NCBI GenBank assembly: GCA_013265495.1
Contig: MU057822.1
Location: 175,852-239,851 of the forward strand
Origin: Vicugna vicugna
Taxonomy: Eukaryota
Direction: 5' to 3'
Length of the DNA stretch: 64,000 nucleotides
In this document: positions 49,433 to 63,349 of the stretch, one piece after another
How positions within the stretch are numbered: the stretch's first letter is position 1
Layout of the letters: the number at the start of each line of letters is the position of its first letter
Translations under genes and position numbers: made by a program
Notes under the pieces: generated by a model
The model's input: only the letters and a program-made list of their open reading frames with translations
The model's database searches: none
What the model was told of the DNA's origin: nothing

Positions 49433-50779
49433 ACGTGCAAGAAAAAAGAAGTATAATTAGAAAGCCTAGGACTCCAAAGAATTTGTGTAAGGAATAAATA
49501 TAATCCATTATAATACCTGGTTTCCTATTCAACTTGTATAAAGTCACAATAGTGTAAAAACTACTGATGTAAATATAAATATGATAATTTAATGAAACTA
49601 AAAGAATAAAAGATGGAAGCTGGCATGACAGTTAAATCCTTATCAGTTATAATAAGAATAAAGATATAAGGCCTGGAATTTGTTCTAAGTGAAAGAGGAA
49701 ACCACGTTGTAACAAGGCAGAATTTCTGATAACCTGCCTAAAGAGATCTCAGAGAAAGGCACCAATTCTCCAAGCCTATAGTTATTTGTCATTATTTCCT
49801 CATTCTAAATAGACAGTCATATCCAAATCTTACTTAAATTTTTTATTCCTTCAAGAGAATCCTTCAAATGGGGTAAATTTTAGGCTTCATAAAACCTGGG
49901 TTAGACCCCTGGGGTTTGTTTTTCCAAAGGTGTGGGGACTCACTCTTAATGTTTATCTGTTCCTTTTAATTCTTGTTCTAGAAGGGAGAGTGCAGCCAGT
50001 TTTTTCAGTAATGTTTATTTACTTACTTGTTTTTTATTGAAGTATAGTCGGTTTACAAAGTTGTATTAATTTCTGGCGTACAGCATAGTGATTCATCAGT
50101 AATTTTTAGAACCAAGAAACTGTATTAGAAACTGCTTCTCCTCTGGCTCCCTTATCTGGAGCTCACAGAGACCGTAAACCCTTTGAGGATAGGAACAGAG
50201 CTGTATTCTCTGTGTCTTCTACAGTCCAGGTACAAAGTTAACACAGGTTTAATAAATACTTGCTGAAAGAACAGATACATTTTAGTGCCATTAGGTATCA
50301 CTTTTCCTTGTGCTCCCTCTATTGAGACTTTGTGTACGCAAGGCAAAAGGCTATGGGAATGAAGAGAGGAACTAGAGCTGGGTAAGCTTGCTTTTTCCAA
50401 ACCCTATAACCCACATTTTGGTTGTACACATTTAGATACCTTTCTGGACATTTTGTACTGTGTATATTAGATTTTCCTAACCTCAGCTCACCTTACACCT
50501 AGAGATTATTACTAATGATGTTTAAACACTTCATACTATGAGATGCAGAAAAATTTATTTCAAGAATCTTTTTGTGCGTTCTTTCGGTAAAGTGAATTGC
50601 CAGCATATGTTAGGCCTATTTTGGGAGTGTACTTAAAACGGGGCTCCCCAATAGTAAGTTCGTCTTTAACAATGACTAATTCGCATACCACGTGTGGAGT
50701 GCTAGATGCCTGTTGGGCACTCATCAACATCTAGGCACCTACCACTTCTTTTGGTCCCTTCACACCCAGATCACCTGCT

Positions 50780-52480
50780 TCAATCCGGAGGCGGTGTCTT
50801 GACCCTCCGTGACCTCTTTGTCATGGCGTCTGCGGGGCGTCTGCCGCCGAGGCCTTGGCACTGGGCCGGGAGATGACCTTCCCAAGATGGCGGCGACAGG
50901 CGCAACTCCGCGTAGGGGGCAGGGTTCCGCCTCCGGAGGCGGGGCGGGGAGGCAGAGGGGTCGGACTAGCAGGCTGGCCGCTTCCGAAGTAGACAGCCCA
51001 GCGCGCCTGCGCGGAGCGGCCCTGAGCGCAGTGAGGCAGTGGCGGGGGAAGGCACCGGTGGGGCCGACGGGCGGGTTGAAGGAGGGAAGCGGGCGAGCGA
51101 GGTCCCAGTGCGCGCCGCGGCCGCACGGGTACCCTCCCCTTCCGGGCGTGAGGCGCTGTGAGGAAAGCTGAAGCGAGCGGACTCGCACCGGCAGCGAGGC
51201 GCCGCCACAGCAGCCTCAGCCCGGCCTCCCTCGGCTTCGGCGCTCCCGTCGTGGGGGCCCGGGTTCCTCAGCACACCCAGCTCCAGCAGCCTCAGAGTCT
51301 GTCCCCCGTCCTTCGAAAGCCCCGGCGCCAGCCTGGGCCCTTGGCGGGGAGGATGACGGAGCTGCAGTCGGCACTGCTACTGCGAAGACAGCTGGCAGGT
51401 GAGCGAGCGGGCGGCGGGGCGCCGGGCCGGGCCGCGAGCGCGCCAGCAGCTGCCTGCTCCTCCTCCCTTGCTCCCGGCGCTCCTGGGCCGGCCGCCGGAC
51501 AGCCGAGGGAGCGCGGGCCTGCGAGGGTGGGGAGCCCGGGCGCTCGTCCCGGCCGGGCCCAGCACTTCTTCCTCGGCTTTCTGAGAGTGTTGGGGGCGGG
51601 GACGCGCCCCAGCCTCGGCCCCACGACTGGGCCTGGGCCCCGGGGGAAGGAGGAGGGGTTGCCCCTCCCCCACTTCTCGGTGGGACGTTGCGGGGGAGGG
51701 GCTGTGGGTCCCCAGCCCGGGCCGACCCTCCCAGGAGGGGCGGGTCCAGGCTCAGGTGCGGCCGAGACCGCCGGACCCGGGGGGCAGGAAGGACCGTCCG
51801 GGCCCGGCCGGCTGCGAGTTCCCGGCTCGGGTGTCGCAGCCGCGGGCGGGCAGCGGGGGCGAGGGTGGGCGAGAGGAACTGGCCCCCGGGCGGATAGGTG
51901 AGGCGCGCCAAACTTCTGCTGGGGCAGCGCCGGGTCCGCGGAGTTGTGGCGGACAACAAAAGCGCCGGCCTCCGCGGCCTGCTCGCGGGCGCGCGGGGGT
52001 CTGAGAACCCGGCAGGGCGCGGGACGCCGCCTCGCCTGCCTCCGCCTGTCACTGGCTCCGGCTGCGCCGCCCGGCTGGGGGAGGGTAGGAGCGGGCCGAG
52101 CCGAGAGCCGCTCGCTGGCCGGCTCGGGGCTTTGTGCTCCGAGCGATTCCGGCTCCTGCGCAGGCCTGCAGGTTCCCGGGGCTGCGGCCCGCGGGCTCAG
52201 GCTTGGGGCGGCGCCCGGGTCAGCCTCCCCAGAGGTGCCTGCGTCCCCCCTCCCCCATTGTCCCGGCCTCCGGCCGTTTGCGGCTTCCAGGTTGACTTTT
52301 TAGGGGGTTGGCTCCGACTCTGCTAGGACTGTGTGAACGGAGCATGCGCACTGGAGACGTACGTGTGCGAAGTGTAAGGGGGAGGCGGGTTGGTGGCTTT
52401 ACAATGCCGCCCCACGTGCTGCCAGATTTAAAGAGAAATGAACCAGCGGTTACCCCTGCTGCCCTACGCCCGGCGGGTGT
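50780..52480 (+). promoter_or_regulatory. UBE2G1: UBE2G1 CpG-island promoter and 5' region
   Basis: Very GC- and CpG-rich. YY1-type AAGATGGCGGC at 50884-50894, GC box GGGGCGGGG at 50941, NRF1-like GCGCCTGCGC at 51003-51012, ETS-type CTTCCG at 50981 and about 51139. No TATA box seen. Confidence 0.9.
51353..51398 (+). CDS. UBE2G1: Ubiquitin-conjugating enzyme E2 G1, coding part of exon 1 (46 nt, phase-1 intron follows)
   Basis: aggATGACGGAG...CTGGCAG/gtgagc encodes MTELQSALLLRRQLA, the recalled UBE2G1 N-terminus, inside a CpG island. No further exon was recognised before the window end. Confidence 0.95.
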
Positions 52481-53901
52481 CCTTCTGGGTCCTGGAGGAT
52501 CTTCACCTCCCCACACTACAGCCAGCGGCCCTGAGCCCTCGGTAGAAGCCATAGGCAGGAATGGAGACATCTATGTTTGAAACAGGTTTACTAACAGTTT
52601 GAGGTGTTAGTTAAATCACCTTTATGGCTTCTTAAGGAAAAGGTTGTTAGGGGCTGTTATAGATTGTATAACTAGGTTTATTATTAGACCATGAGCAAGC
52701 AGGTTTGGACAAGTATCAAAGTTCGGGATGCTCAGGGGGAGTGAGTTGGAGTGCATGGAGAAGTTCGAGTGATACCTGTGTCCACGAATAATGTATTGGA
52801 CAGGCAATGAAAGAATAACAACTTTATTGCATCTTACATTTGCAAACATACCTTACTTTTCTGTGTATTTTGTTTTTGTTTTGTTTTGGAGGGAGGAATT
52901 GAGATGTTCTTTTGTCTCCCTAAGAATTCTTTAATCAGGATAAGTTTTAATTATGAGGTGAACTATTAACCAGTATTAAAATACTAAATCGGTATTAAAA
53001 CAGAACTCAACTCTTAAAATAGTGGGAAAGATACACATTTCAAAAGTGTAAAAGAAGTTATGCAGTTACATAGAAAGTATGACTAATAACAGTGTTAGTA
53101 GCAATATTTCAGAACTTTTAACGACCCATTTGTGAACAGGCTCTAAATTTGACAGTCACTTGGTTCACTTTTGCACTTTTAGAAGGTGAAACCCAATATT
53201 GATAAAACATTTCCCAAAGTTCTTTATTAATGGTTGACTTTTTGATAAGGCACACTAAGGTATGCTTTAAGGTTGGAGGACAGAATGATTTAGTTTGTAA
53301 TTTTCCAAGCCTCATTATAAAATTATTTAGCTGCTGGTTAATTTTTCTTGTCTTTTTGATCAGAAACAATGGACTGTTCTTAATATTTTCTTAAACTTTT
53401 GAAGGGTTTTAATGAGTATGCTCAAAATGCACAATATAGGCCAAGGCCAGTGCATTAAGTGAAATGTAAAAATATCAGATTTATTGGAAAGACTTGATAA
53501 CTGCTTACTGAAATAAAGGCCCTGTTGTGTTTTAGTAGTACATTGTTTGAGTGGTTCTTCAAATATCATTTGAAAACAGGAAAGAATGGTAAACTAATCT
53601 CTTGAAATCATTTAGAGCTAACTTTTGGAAGGCTTAATAATAAATGCTTTAAAAATCTTAAAATGTATTGAATTCAGTAGGCACATGAACCAGTCAGCCA
53701 TTCTAGCTGCTAGAATTTCAGAAACTTACAACAGTGACCAACAATGGTTACATTTATTGAGCCCTTAGCCTGCCAGTCCTTAAGGATTTTACTTCATTAT
53801 TTGAGGGGAGAATTTATTGTGTGTGTATTTTGTTTTGTTGTTAACTGTAATGAAGAACCTGGTTACTTTCAGAGTGAAGCAGAATAGTTCCTTGGGTTGC
53901 A

Positions 53902-54110
53902 TGCAGTTTCTCAGCCTCAGCATTGCTGACATTTTGGGCTGATGATTGTTGTGCGGACCTATACGATTCATAATAAAATGTCTAGCAGCATTCTTGGCCT
54001 CTGTCCACCAGATACCAGGAGTACACCTCCTCAGCTGTGACAGCCAAAAATGTCTCTTGTTGTCAGATGTCCCCTGAGGGACAAAATCATCCCAGGTTGA
54101 AAAATGACTG
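53902..54110. mobile_element. MER20-like hAT MITE
   Basis: cagtttctcagcctcagcattgctgacattttgggc...tgtcccctgagggacaaaatcatcccaggttgaaaaatgactg matches the recalled MER20 layout. Confidence 0.75.
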
Positions 54111-55254
54111 ATTTAAGATGTTTTAGTTAAGACCATAATGGCCATTGTGAAGCAAGTAGAACACCTAACCAATTCATGACATCAAATAGTTTGTGTATTT
54201 CTTTGTGGATATTATTAGACTATGACTTACTCCTTTGCGAATTCAGCAGTGACAGTTCAGCTTTTGCAGGGCATAGTGATAAGCGCTAAGAAACCCCACA
54301 GCACAAGAGATAATTTAAAATTATTAATTTTTTTGAAAAGGTATTATGAGCACTGGTTAAAAATACAAAGAGTACAAAAAGGTACAGTCTTTCCACACTG
54401 ACCCAGAGTTCTTTTCTTGGCAGCAACATTGATAATTTCTTTTATGTGTTGTCAGAGAGATTCCTGTACTGTGTATGTTTATATAGGCTAATGTTTACTG
54501 AGGACTAACATGTACTAGGCATTATGCTGAGAGGGTTACATGTATTATCTCATTTAATCCTCCCAATAAGGAAATAGAGGCTGAGAGAGGTTAACTTGTC
54601 CAAGGTCACACAGATAAAAGTGGTGCTGCTAGATTTACATTCAGGACCTTCCTGTTAGAGACTTTGTTGTTTTTAAGTGGCTTTATTACCTTCCAGGGAG
54701 CAACAATTTAGAGCAGACGTGAAATATGGTTTTAAATATTCAGTAAGTACCAAAATGATTGGGAAAATGTTCCCATTTTAGTAAAATTTGTTGTACAAAG
54801 TAATGCACGTTAAAGATATTTTAGCCATTGTCAACTTAAGACCAACGTTCTGCATAATTAAGGAAAATATCTTTGAATTTAATAGACAAAGGAGGGGTAA
54901 GCTTTTTGTTGTTGGCAATTAACTCTGAGGGAAAAAAATGGACTAATTGAGTTTATTCTCTACTCTAGTGATACTAAGTTTTACTTTATAACAAGCATTT
55001 ATAAGGAATATAGAGGTGTTTTTTTAAGATCACTTGAGGTTTTTTTTTCAACATTGACAACGCAGATTTTCAGTAGTTACGTCCTCATAGGCACCTGTCA
55101 TTCCAGAACTAAGAAGAATCTCTTTATGCAGTAACAATAAAATAACTGAACTTATTTTACTATAAAGATTTTGATTGTATTTTAAAGTAATCTGGAACGT
55201 GCCCAAATCTTTGTCTCCTTGGCTACCCATGTAAGCAGGTTGTAGTAAGCTAGT

Positions 55255-55440
55255 TATTTGTGTTCTCAGACTTATGTGCAATAAAATCACTTGGGAGTCT
55301 GTTAAAAATACAGATTCCAGGCCTCATCTCCACAGAATATTAGTCTACATGTCCAGATGGGGCCAAAAAAACCCAGTTTTTAAAATATTACTTTGAGTGT
55401 CTATGGAGCTGGTGTTCTGAGCCCCACACTTTTGGTAGGT
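55255..55440. mobile_element. MER5-like hAT MITE
   Basis: aatcacttgggagtctgttaaaaatacagattccaggcc motif. Confidence 0.6.
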
Positions 55441-55737
55441 GCCCTAAGCTTTTTTGTTGTCCGCTGGAGGACTGACTGCCTGCAGGTAGCCCAGTGCCTG
55501 GTTTTTGTGATGTTTTTAGCAGCTCTGGTGTTGGAGGGCATTGAAGAAATACTCTTTAAAAGGGGGAGTTAGATTTAATATTTCTTCATGGCCTTTCTAG
55601 AATATATTGGCACTCTTGACATACATTTCCATTGACAATATTAAACAAGCAGAAATAGAATAACTGATTATTGACAGGAATACCCTAGTGGTAGAAGATT
55701 CTGAGTGGTGAACATAATGCTAGTATTCCTTGTTGCC

Positions 55738-55880
55738 CTAGGGGGGAGATAATTAGGTTTATTTATTCATCATCATCATTATTAATTATTATTGTTTTTT
55801 ATAGGAAGTGCTGGGGATTGAACCCAGGACCTCATGCATGCTAAGCATGCACTCTGCCACTTTAGGTATATCCTCCCCCC
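55738..55880 (-). mobile_element. tRNA-Ala-derived SINE (Vic-1-like)
   Basis: Reverse-complement consensus; flanking agtattc repeat. Confidence 0.88.
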
Positions 55881-57409
55881 AGTATTCTTAATATTAATAG
55901 TTGTTAACACACACATTTAGAAATGGAAGAAAAGTCTAAAAGTAATTATGTTGCATCAAACTGCTAATTCTTTAATAGAGTTTGGGAATTTTTATATCTA
56001 AAAATCATTAAACTTAGAGAAATAAAGCAGCTATTATACACTGTCAGAAAAAAGGTATAAATGAAACAAACATTGTGGTTGAGGGAGGGTGTCAGATGAT
56101 TTGTAATCCCTATAGTTTAGGTAATATCAAGGAATTATGCATCTGATGTGTCATGTTACAGAATCTTATTTCAAAATACATATACATATCAAATCATATA
56201 TGTGTGCCTTAAATGTACACAATGTTATATGTCAATTTTATCTCAATAAAGCTAGAGGAAAATGTCTTTAATTTTTTAATAAATGAATTTTCTTAACATT
56301 AGTGGTAAATGATTTTTAAGTTATAGTTTGTTACTATGAATATTTTTGCTATATAATGACATTTAGTTATAAGTATCCATCAGTATTTAATTTTCTATAA
56401 ATTCAGAGTGAAGCATACTTTCTACATTAGTCTTTTGTAATGGATGACCTCATTTTTAAAAATACTAAATATATTAAATTGTTGACGTAAACTATAATTT
56501 GTAGGTATTAGTATATTAGTATAATCTATTTACTGTAAAGTAGTCCCAAAGTATATAGGTTTTTTATATAGTTATATATATAAGTTAATAACACTTTATA
56601 TTTGGTCATGTGTCCACATATAATTGTGAAATTAGATGCCTTGATTATTAAGAGACGTATCTAATGTGTAAAATTTGAAAACCCACTCACTACCACTGTA
56701 TTATTGCTGCTTTTTGAGAGTTTGCATTGTCAAGAAGCGTTGCAATCCTTGGATTATTTGATCTTGGGAACTTCATTGCAAAGTTTTTTTTGAAGGGGGT
56801 ATGTTAATTTATGATAAATCGTGGTGTGGATACACTCTTGAAAATGCTAAGCATTCTTTTGTTTTAATGGACTCAGCTCAATTTAGGATGAAGAATTTTG
56901 CATTTTGCTATTTATTAAGAACTATTTTTGTTAGAATTTAAAACACTAGAGAACCTCCAAAAATCTGTCTAATGCCATCTTTGGTTTGTAGGAAGTAACT
57001 TTTCAGAGAAGAAAGCACAGTATATGCTTATGCAAACAGTCTGGCCAGGTAAACGGAATGTAGTTATATCTGGTTGAGGGCATTTCAGGTACAGAAAAGT
57101 ATGAATAAGAAAATGCAAATATTTTGCAAATTTTTTAGTAAACATGAATTATTTTTATGAATAGATAAATGAAAGAACAGGAATAAAATGCATTTTTAAG
57201 AAATAAGATATATGTATTAAAATGCAGCATTTTAAACTTTCTCATAGTGCAAAATAGTATTAGGCTTATTCAGATAAATCAGAAATTTTTATCAGTGCTG
57301 TTCCAGTGAAAGATTCTGGCCTCAGAAACTGCTGGGAAAGATACTGTAATTTCCTGCTTTGTGCTTTTAATTATTTAATTTATTACTTTTAATTATCCCA
57401 TATGTCCTC

Positions 57410-59250
57410 CGTTTATACCATGGAATACACTACTCAGCAATAGTAAGAAACATACTATTGATACAGAAAACAATTTGAATGATGTCAAGGGAATCATGCT
57501 GAATGAAAAAAAGGTAATCTTAGAAGTTTGCATATTCCATGATTCTCTTTATATAAAATTCTTTTTTTTAATTGTGGTCAAAAGCACATAAAATTGACCA
57601 TCTTAATCATCTTTAAGTGTACAGTTCTGTAGTGTTAAGTATATTCACATTGTGAAACAGATCTGAACTTACTCATCTTGAAAAATTGAAACCCTCTACC
57701 CATTAAATGACTTCTCCTTGCCCCAGCCATTAGTAACCACCGTTTTACTGTTTCTGTGAATTTGATTTATATGAGTTGAATCATACAGTATGTGTCTTTC
57801 TTTGACTGGCTTATTTACTTAGTGTAATGTCTTTAAGTTTCATCCATGATGTAGCATGTGACAGGAATTTCTTCCTTTTTAAGGCTGAATAATAATCCAT
57901 TGGATGTATATACCACATTTTGTTCATTCATCCGTAAATGGTCATTTGGGTTGCTTCCACCTCCTGGCTGTTGTTGTTGTTGTTGTTGTGCAAATATCTC
58001 TTCAATACCCTGTTTTCAGTTCTTTTGGATATATACCCAGAAGTGGGGTTTGCTGGGTCATATGATACTTCTATTTATTTTTTTCTTAAGTAAACTTTAT
58101 TTTTAGGGCAGCTTTGGATTCACAGCAAAATTGAGTGAGAGATTTCCTGTGGTACGCCTGTCCTCATACAAGCATGGCCTCCTCCCCCATTATCAACATC
58201 CTCTACCAGAGTGATACATCAAATTGAGTGGTTTTATGTTTAATATTTTTGAGGAGTCTGCATACTGTTTTCCGTAGCATTAGCACCATTTTACAGTCCT
58301 ACCAACGGTACACAAGGATTCTAATTTTTCCACCTTTTGCCAACGCTTGTTTTTTTTGATAGTAGGCATCCTTACTGATGTGAGGTGCTCATAGTTTTGA
58401 TTTGTATTTCTCTGATGATTACTGACACTAAGCAACTTTTCACATTCTTGCTTGCCATTTGTAGATTATCTTTGGCAAAATGTCTCTTCGGGTCCTTTAC
58501 CCATTTTTAAACTCAGGTTATTTAACTTTCTGCTGTTAAGTTCTTTGTATAGTATAGATATTAACCTTTTATCAGGTATATAATTTCCAAATATTTTCTC
58601 CCATTCCATAGGTTGCCTTTTCACTTTATTATGTCATTTGCACAAAAGTTGTTTTTTTTTTTTAAGTTTGATGTCCCATTTGTTTATTTTTGCTTTGGTT
58701 GCCTGTGCTTTTGGTGTTACATCCAAGGAATTATTTCTAAGTCCCATATCATGAAGCTTCTCTAGTAGTTTTATAGTTTAGGTCTCATGTTTAAGTTTTA
58801 AGGTTGAAAAGACTGTCCTTTCCCCACTGAATGATCTTGACACCCTTATACAATTTTTGAAATGTCAAAATTGTAGAGATGGAGAATAGGTTACTGGTGT
58901 TTAGGGATTCAGGATAGTAATGGTGTATGGCTATAAGATGGCTGCATGATGAATCTTTGTGGTGATGGAACTGTTTGTATCTTAAACAGTGGTTACACAA
59001 ACAGTGGTTATACAAATTTTATCTGTAGATAAAATTGCATAGAACTAACTTCACACACACACACACACACACACACGAGTGATGCAGTCTGAATAAAATG
59101 TGCAAATTGTACCAGTGTCAGTTTCTTGGGTTTTTATACCATAGTGATACAGGATGTTAGCATTGAGGGAAACAGTAAAGGGTATAGATCTTTCTGTACT
59201 ATTTTTTCCATTGTTCCGTTAATCTGTGTATCAAAATAAAAGTTGAAAAA
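57410..59250. mobile_element. Nested LINE-1 fragments: a minus-strand L1 (about 57560-58845) inside a plus-strand L1 3' UTR, with (CA)n near 59053
   Basis: The plus-strand L1 3' UTR breaks at about 57560 and resumes at about 58845; antisense L1 motifs lie between. Confidence 0.75.
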
Positions 59251-60671
59251 AGTCACTTGTAACCAAAGCATTTTTATCAGTCTTTTTTCATATAGAGAAC
59301 TCCTTTTTTAAACTTACTCTTCATAGTTAGAAACATAGCAGCATAGTTGCCATATTAACACTTTCAAGAAATAAAAAGTTGCAATTGAGAAATGTGTAAT
59401 TTGAGATAGAAATTCCATCTTAATTTAAAATAACCCTCATTTAAACTTCTTGTGCTGTTGTTTGGCAATTGGAAGAAAGGATCAGTATAAAAATTCATTT
59501 GTTGAGCTCTTGTGTGCAGTTGTATTGAGAAATGCTAGGAGAATGCAAGGATATTGGTCAGGTATTCCTGCCTTGAGGTGCGACATTTAGTAGTAGGCAT
59601 TGATGGACATGTAAACAGTTATAATGCAGTATGGTAAATACATATGTATATGTGGAAGGAGCAGAAAGTAGCACTGAGGAAGGCGTGATTAATTATGGGG
59701 GAGTGCAGTGAGATCAGGGAAGGCTTCATAGGAAAAGGACTATATTTGGATACAGCAGAATCAAGATGTCAGTTCTTAAAAATCTTTGCATTTATCAGTG
59801 TAGAGAAAACAGTAATTAGAATTACTTAGCATTACAAATCTAAAGTTGACAGATTTAAAACAAATATGTGTTTTCGTGAGATAACTAACCCTGTTGAAGA
59901 TTTCCAAGAAAATAGTCTGGACACAACTTGCAAGGGATGGCAGTAATTTGTAATTTAAAAAATTGTAAAGCACCTAAGCCTGCTTACTTCATGAATATAT
60001 AAACTTATTTAAAAGAGGAAAGAGGGCAGAAGGGAAACTTAAATCATTGAATGCCTGTCACATACTCTTCATGATCCTAGGACTTTCCGTATGTGGTCAC
60101 ATTCAGTTCTTACATCAAATCTTTGGAGTAAATATTATCATCTTTTTGAGATAAGGAAATTGCGGTTTATATTATATCTGAAAATTTCCCCAACCTATTC
60201 CTGATGGAGCTGGCTGGCAGAAATACATCTGTCTGCTGATGAAACCCTATCCCTTTCCTTTAACATTTTGGGGGTTGTTAGACTCTTTGTAGAATCTAGT
60301 AAGCGTTAAAGACCTTCTCCTCAGAAGAGTGTACACCCACAACTTTGAGTATTGTTTCAGAGGGTTTTCTGATCTCTTGAGAGAAGCTCATTTATACATA
60401 ACATTCAGTGATGCTGTCTCTTACATCATTCATTTAGCAAATTTGATGTCTATTTTGTGTGCTGTATAGGGGTGCCAAATGAGTAAGTTATTCTTGTATT
60501 CCAGGAACTCACATTTTGTAGAAAATCCCATCAGTGGACTGTTTTAAAGTATTAAAGAAAAGTCAGGGAAACTTTGCTTCTACCTGTCTGGATCATGGAG
60601 GGCTTTGAGGAGTTGGTGGCGTTTGGCTTTTAAACAATATGTAAAATTTGATCACACGAAATAGGAAAGTA

Positions 60672-60955
60672 GGGGGAGGGTATAGCTCAGCCGTAAAGAG
60701 CATGCTTAGCATGCACAAGGTCCTGGGTTCAATCCCCAGTACCTCCCCTAAAAAACAAAAATTAAAAATTAATTAAAAAATGCATAAAGAAATCTAGTTA
60801 CCCCCCCTATAAAAAAAAAGGTTAGGGGGAGGATATAGCTCAAGTTGTGTAGAGTGCATGCCTGGCATTCATAAGGTCCTGGGTTCAATCCCCAGTACCT
60901 CCTTCAAAAAATAAGTAAGTAAACCTCATTACCTACTCAACCCCAAAAAATTAAA
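60672..60955 (+). mobile_element. Two tandem Vic-1-like SINEs (60672-60819 and 60824-60955)
   Basis: Two complete heads and tails; single outer repeat taggaaagta at 60662-60671 and 60957-60966. Confidence 0.9.
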
Positions 60956-62367
60956 GTAGGAAAGTATTTAAGGCTGAGGGAAAAGAACAAGCAAGACAGG
61001 CTTGTGCTGTAAACAATTCAGTGTGGTTGGAGTATGTGATAAACTGAACCAGTGGGAAAAGTGGAAAGATTGGTTGGTATTTGTGGAAGACCTTAGAAAT
61101 ACTGAGTATGGAATCTTATCTGAGAAGTTGGAAAGTGATGTGATCAAAATATGTTGGACCATTGCTTGTTATCTGTGGTCAAAGGCCAGTTTAAAATTTT
61201 TTCCAATTCATTATGTAATGAACTTAGAAAAACAATAAAGATGAATTATTAGAAAAATAAAATAAAAAAAGATAGAATTGAACCCATACTTTATAATATT
61301 AAGTTCATCATATAAAATGACCATCAAAGGGCTGAGTTTCTAAATGCTTGCTCTGGCTGACTGTCACGGACCAATGACATTTTGGTAGATTGGCACCAGG
61401 TAATGGACCACAATTTAGCACTGCTTTAGACAAGGTGGAGGAAGGACATTAGACTACAGTCTCTGCATGAGGACCGAGATTTTTGTTTTTATCTATTAAC
61501 TGACATGTCACAACTGCCTAGAAGCATGGTTGAAACAGCAAGCAACCAATAAATATTTATTGAATGGATTAAAATTACTGTACTAGATCCTCCCCCCTAG
61601 CCCCCCACCTCTGGGAGACTTAAGCACATGTGAATGGAATCTTTTTATATGCTACACCCTAGGGATTCAAAGATTCATAATACAATTCCTGGCTTCCCCT
61701 TCTAGTAGGGAAGGTAGACTTTTATAAACAAATATTGGTTGAAAATTAGAATATATGTACTTCACTACAGTAGTATGGACATTCTTGCCAACCCCCAACT
61801 TGTTTATAGCTTTGATCAAATGATAGTTGTTGGAACACCTTCAGTGTCTGAGCAAGGTCTTTATTTTCTCTCAAAGCAGTTTCTCTAATGGACAGCTCTA
61901 TTATGATCAGTTTTTCTGACTCTATAAATTTCCACACATGAAAAGTTTTTTCCCTCTGTCTTTTAAAGCTTTTTTTCTCTTTCTTTCTTTCTCTTTTTGG
62001 TTTAATATCTTCAAAGTTTCTTTCTGGTTCTCAACCTTAGCTACCAAGCTGGCTGACCACGTTTTCCAGAGGAGGAAACTAAGTTTGGTTTATTCACAAT
62101 AGTGGAACCAAGACAGCTAGATTTCATTAATTTCTAAGCCTGTCTTTAACAATATTTAAATTAAGTCTATATAGAGACTAAAAAAATGTATTGATCCAAT
62201 TATACCTTTCCTGCTTAGGTCTCAGGGTGTCTGGGGGGGCATACATTCCTTTGATTTTCTTACTTTTTGGAGCATGCGTGAGATATATTTAAAATAAGCA
62301 TAAGGTAACCTAAAACAATGTTTTCTAGAGGAAAATGGGATATATATATTTTAATATATATATTTTT

Positions 62368-62480
62368 GAGCAGAGGATATAGCTCAGGAGTACAGTTCAC
62401 ACTTAGCATGCATGAGGTCCTGGGTTCAATCTCCAGTACCTCCATTAAAAAAATAAACTTGACTACCCCCCCAAAGAATA
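62368..62480 (+). mobile_element. tRNA-Ala-derived SINE (Vic-1-like)
   Basis: Diverged head, B-box gggttcaatctcc, tail. Confidence 0.85.
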
Positions 62481-63349
62481 ATTTTTCTAGTTACAAATGA
62501 ACATATTTATTGTAGATTTGGAAAAGTTAAAACATATGATACAGACATTAGCTATCCCTTTGCAGCCTCTGTTAACATTTCATTATTTTTTTTCCTTGCA
62601 TTTTGGCTTTTTTGTAAATTGAAATTCTGAAAGGAAGACCTTTAATGTTAAGGATTTTAGTGAAAGTCATAACTCTTCGAAACTGAGTTTGTTAAAAGTT
62701 CCTTTTACATGCCGGTATAAATGACAAATAGATTTTAAACTCAGGTGACCTTATTACCAAGGCTACTGCTTTTCATACAGTAATACACTGTTTGTTAAAC
62801 TGAAAACTTTATGTAGTTTGCAAGGGGAACTACTGTTGTTCATGGCTTCATATGATATTTTGAGTTTGTCTATTTCTCATCTTCTATGGTATAGGATTCT
62901 AAAACTAAAATGTCTGTTTCACGGCTTATGTAGAGAGGAGGGTTATTCTGAGGCTTTCCTTGAGGATAGTATTTTTTTGTATTTAACAGTGCATAGGATG
63001 GTTTATATTGTCATCATTAGCAGTCTAGGACTTTCATCTGTGCTGGTTTCTTTTTTCAAACTGCTGTGAACATCTGTGGTGTGGTAGTACACCAGGGAGA
63101 CACTGTATTTTTACTGTCTTTTCTGGTTGTTTTTACATCTCTCCCTTAGGATTACACCTTTGCTGCTGCTTCTGCCATTAGCGCTTGCCTGGTGGAAAAG
63201 AACTAAACTGTCCCTATCCAATTGGTTTATCTTTAACTCTTACAAGTGCAGCAGCCGCACAGGTGAGGGTGCTATGCTTCTTGCTGCCCTCTTCAGAGTC
63301 TATGAATTATGGTATGGCTGTTGGGGAAGCAGTGCCACTGTGAAAGGCT

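Noticed and set aside
50884..50894. ATG in AAGATGGCGGC as the start of a divergent or upstream gene
   Set aside because: It fits a YY1 promoter motif, and the downstream peptide is low-complexity and unrecognisable.
50760..52580. Many long overlapping ORFs (up to 278 aa) around UBE2G1 exon 1
   Set aside because: Expected from stop-codon scarcity in a CpG island. Only the 46 nt ending at the GT donor match a known protein.
6437..62480. SINE strand bias (about 15 plus vs 5 minus)
   Set aside because: Small sample spread across two oppositely oriented genes and intergenic DNA; not interpretable.
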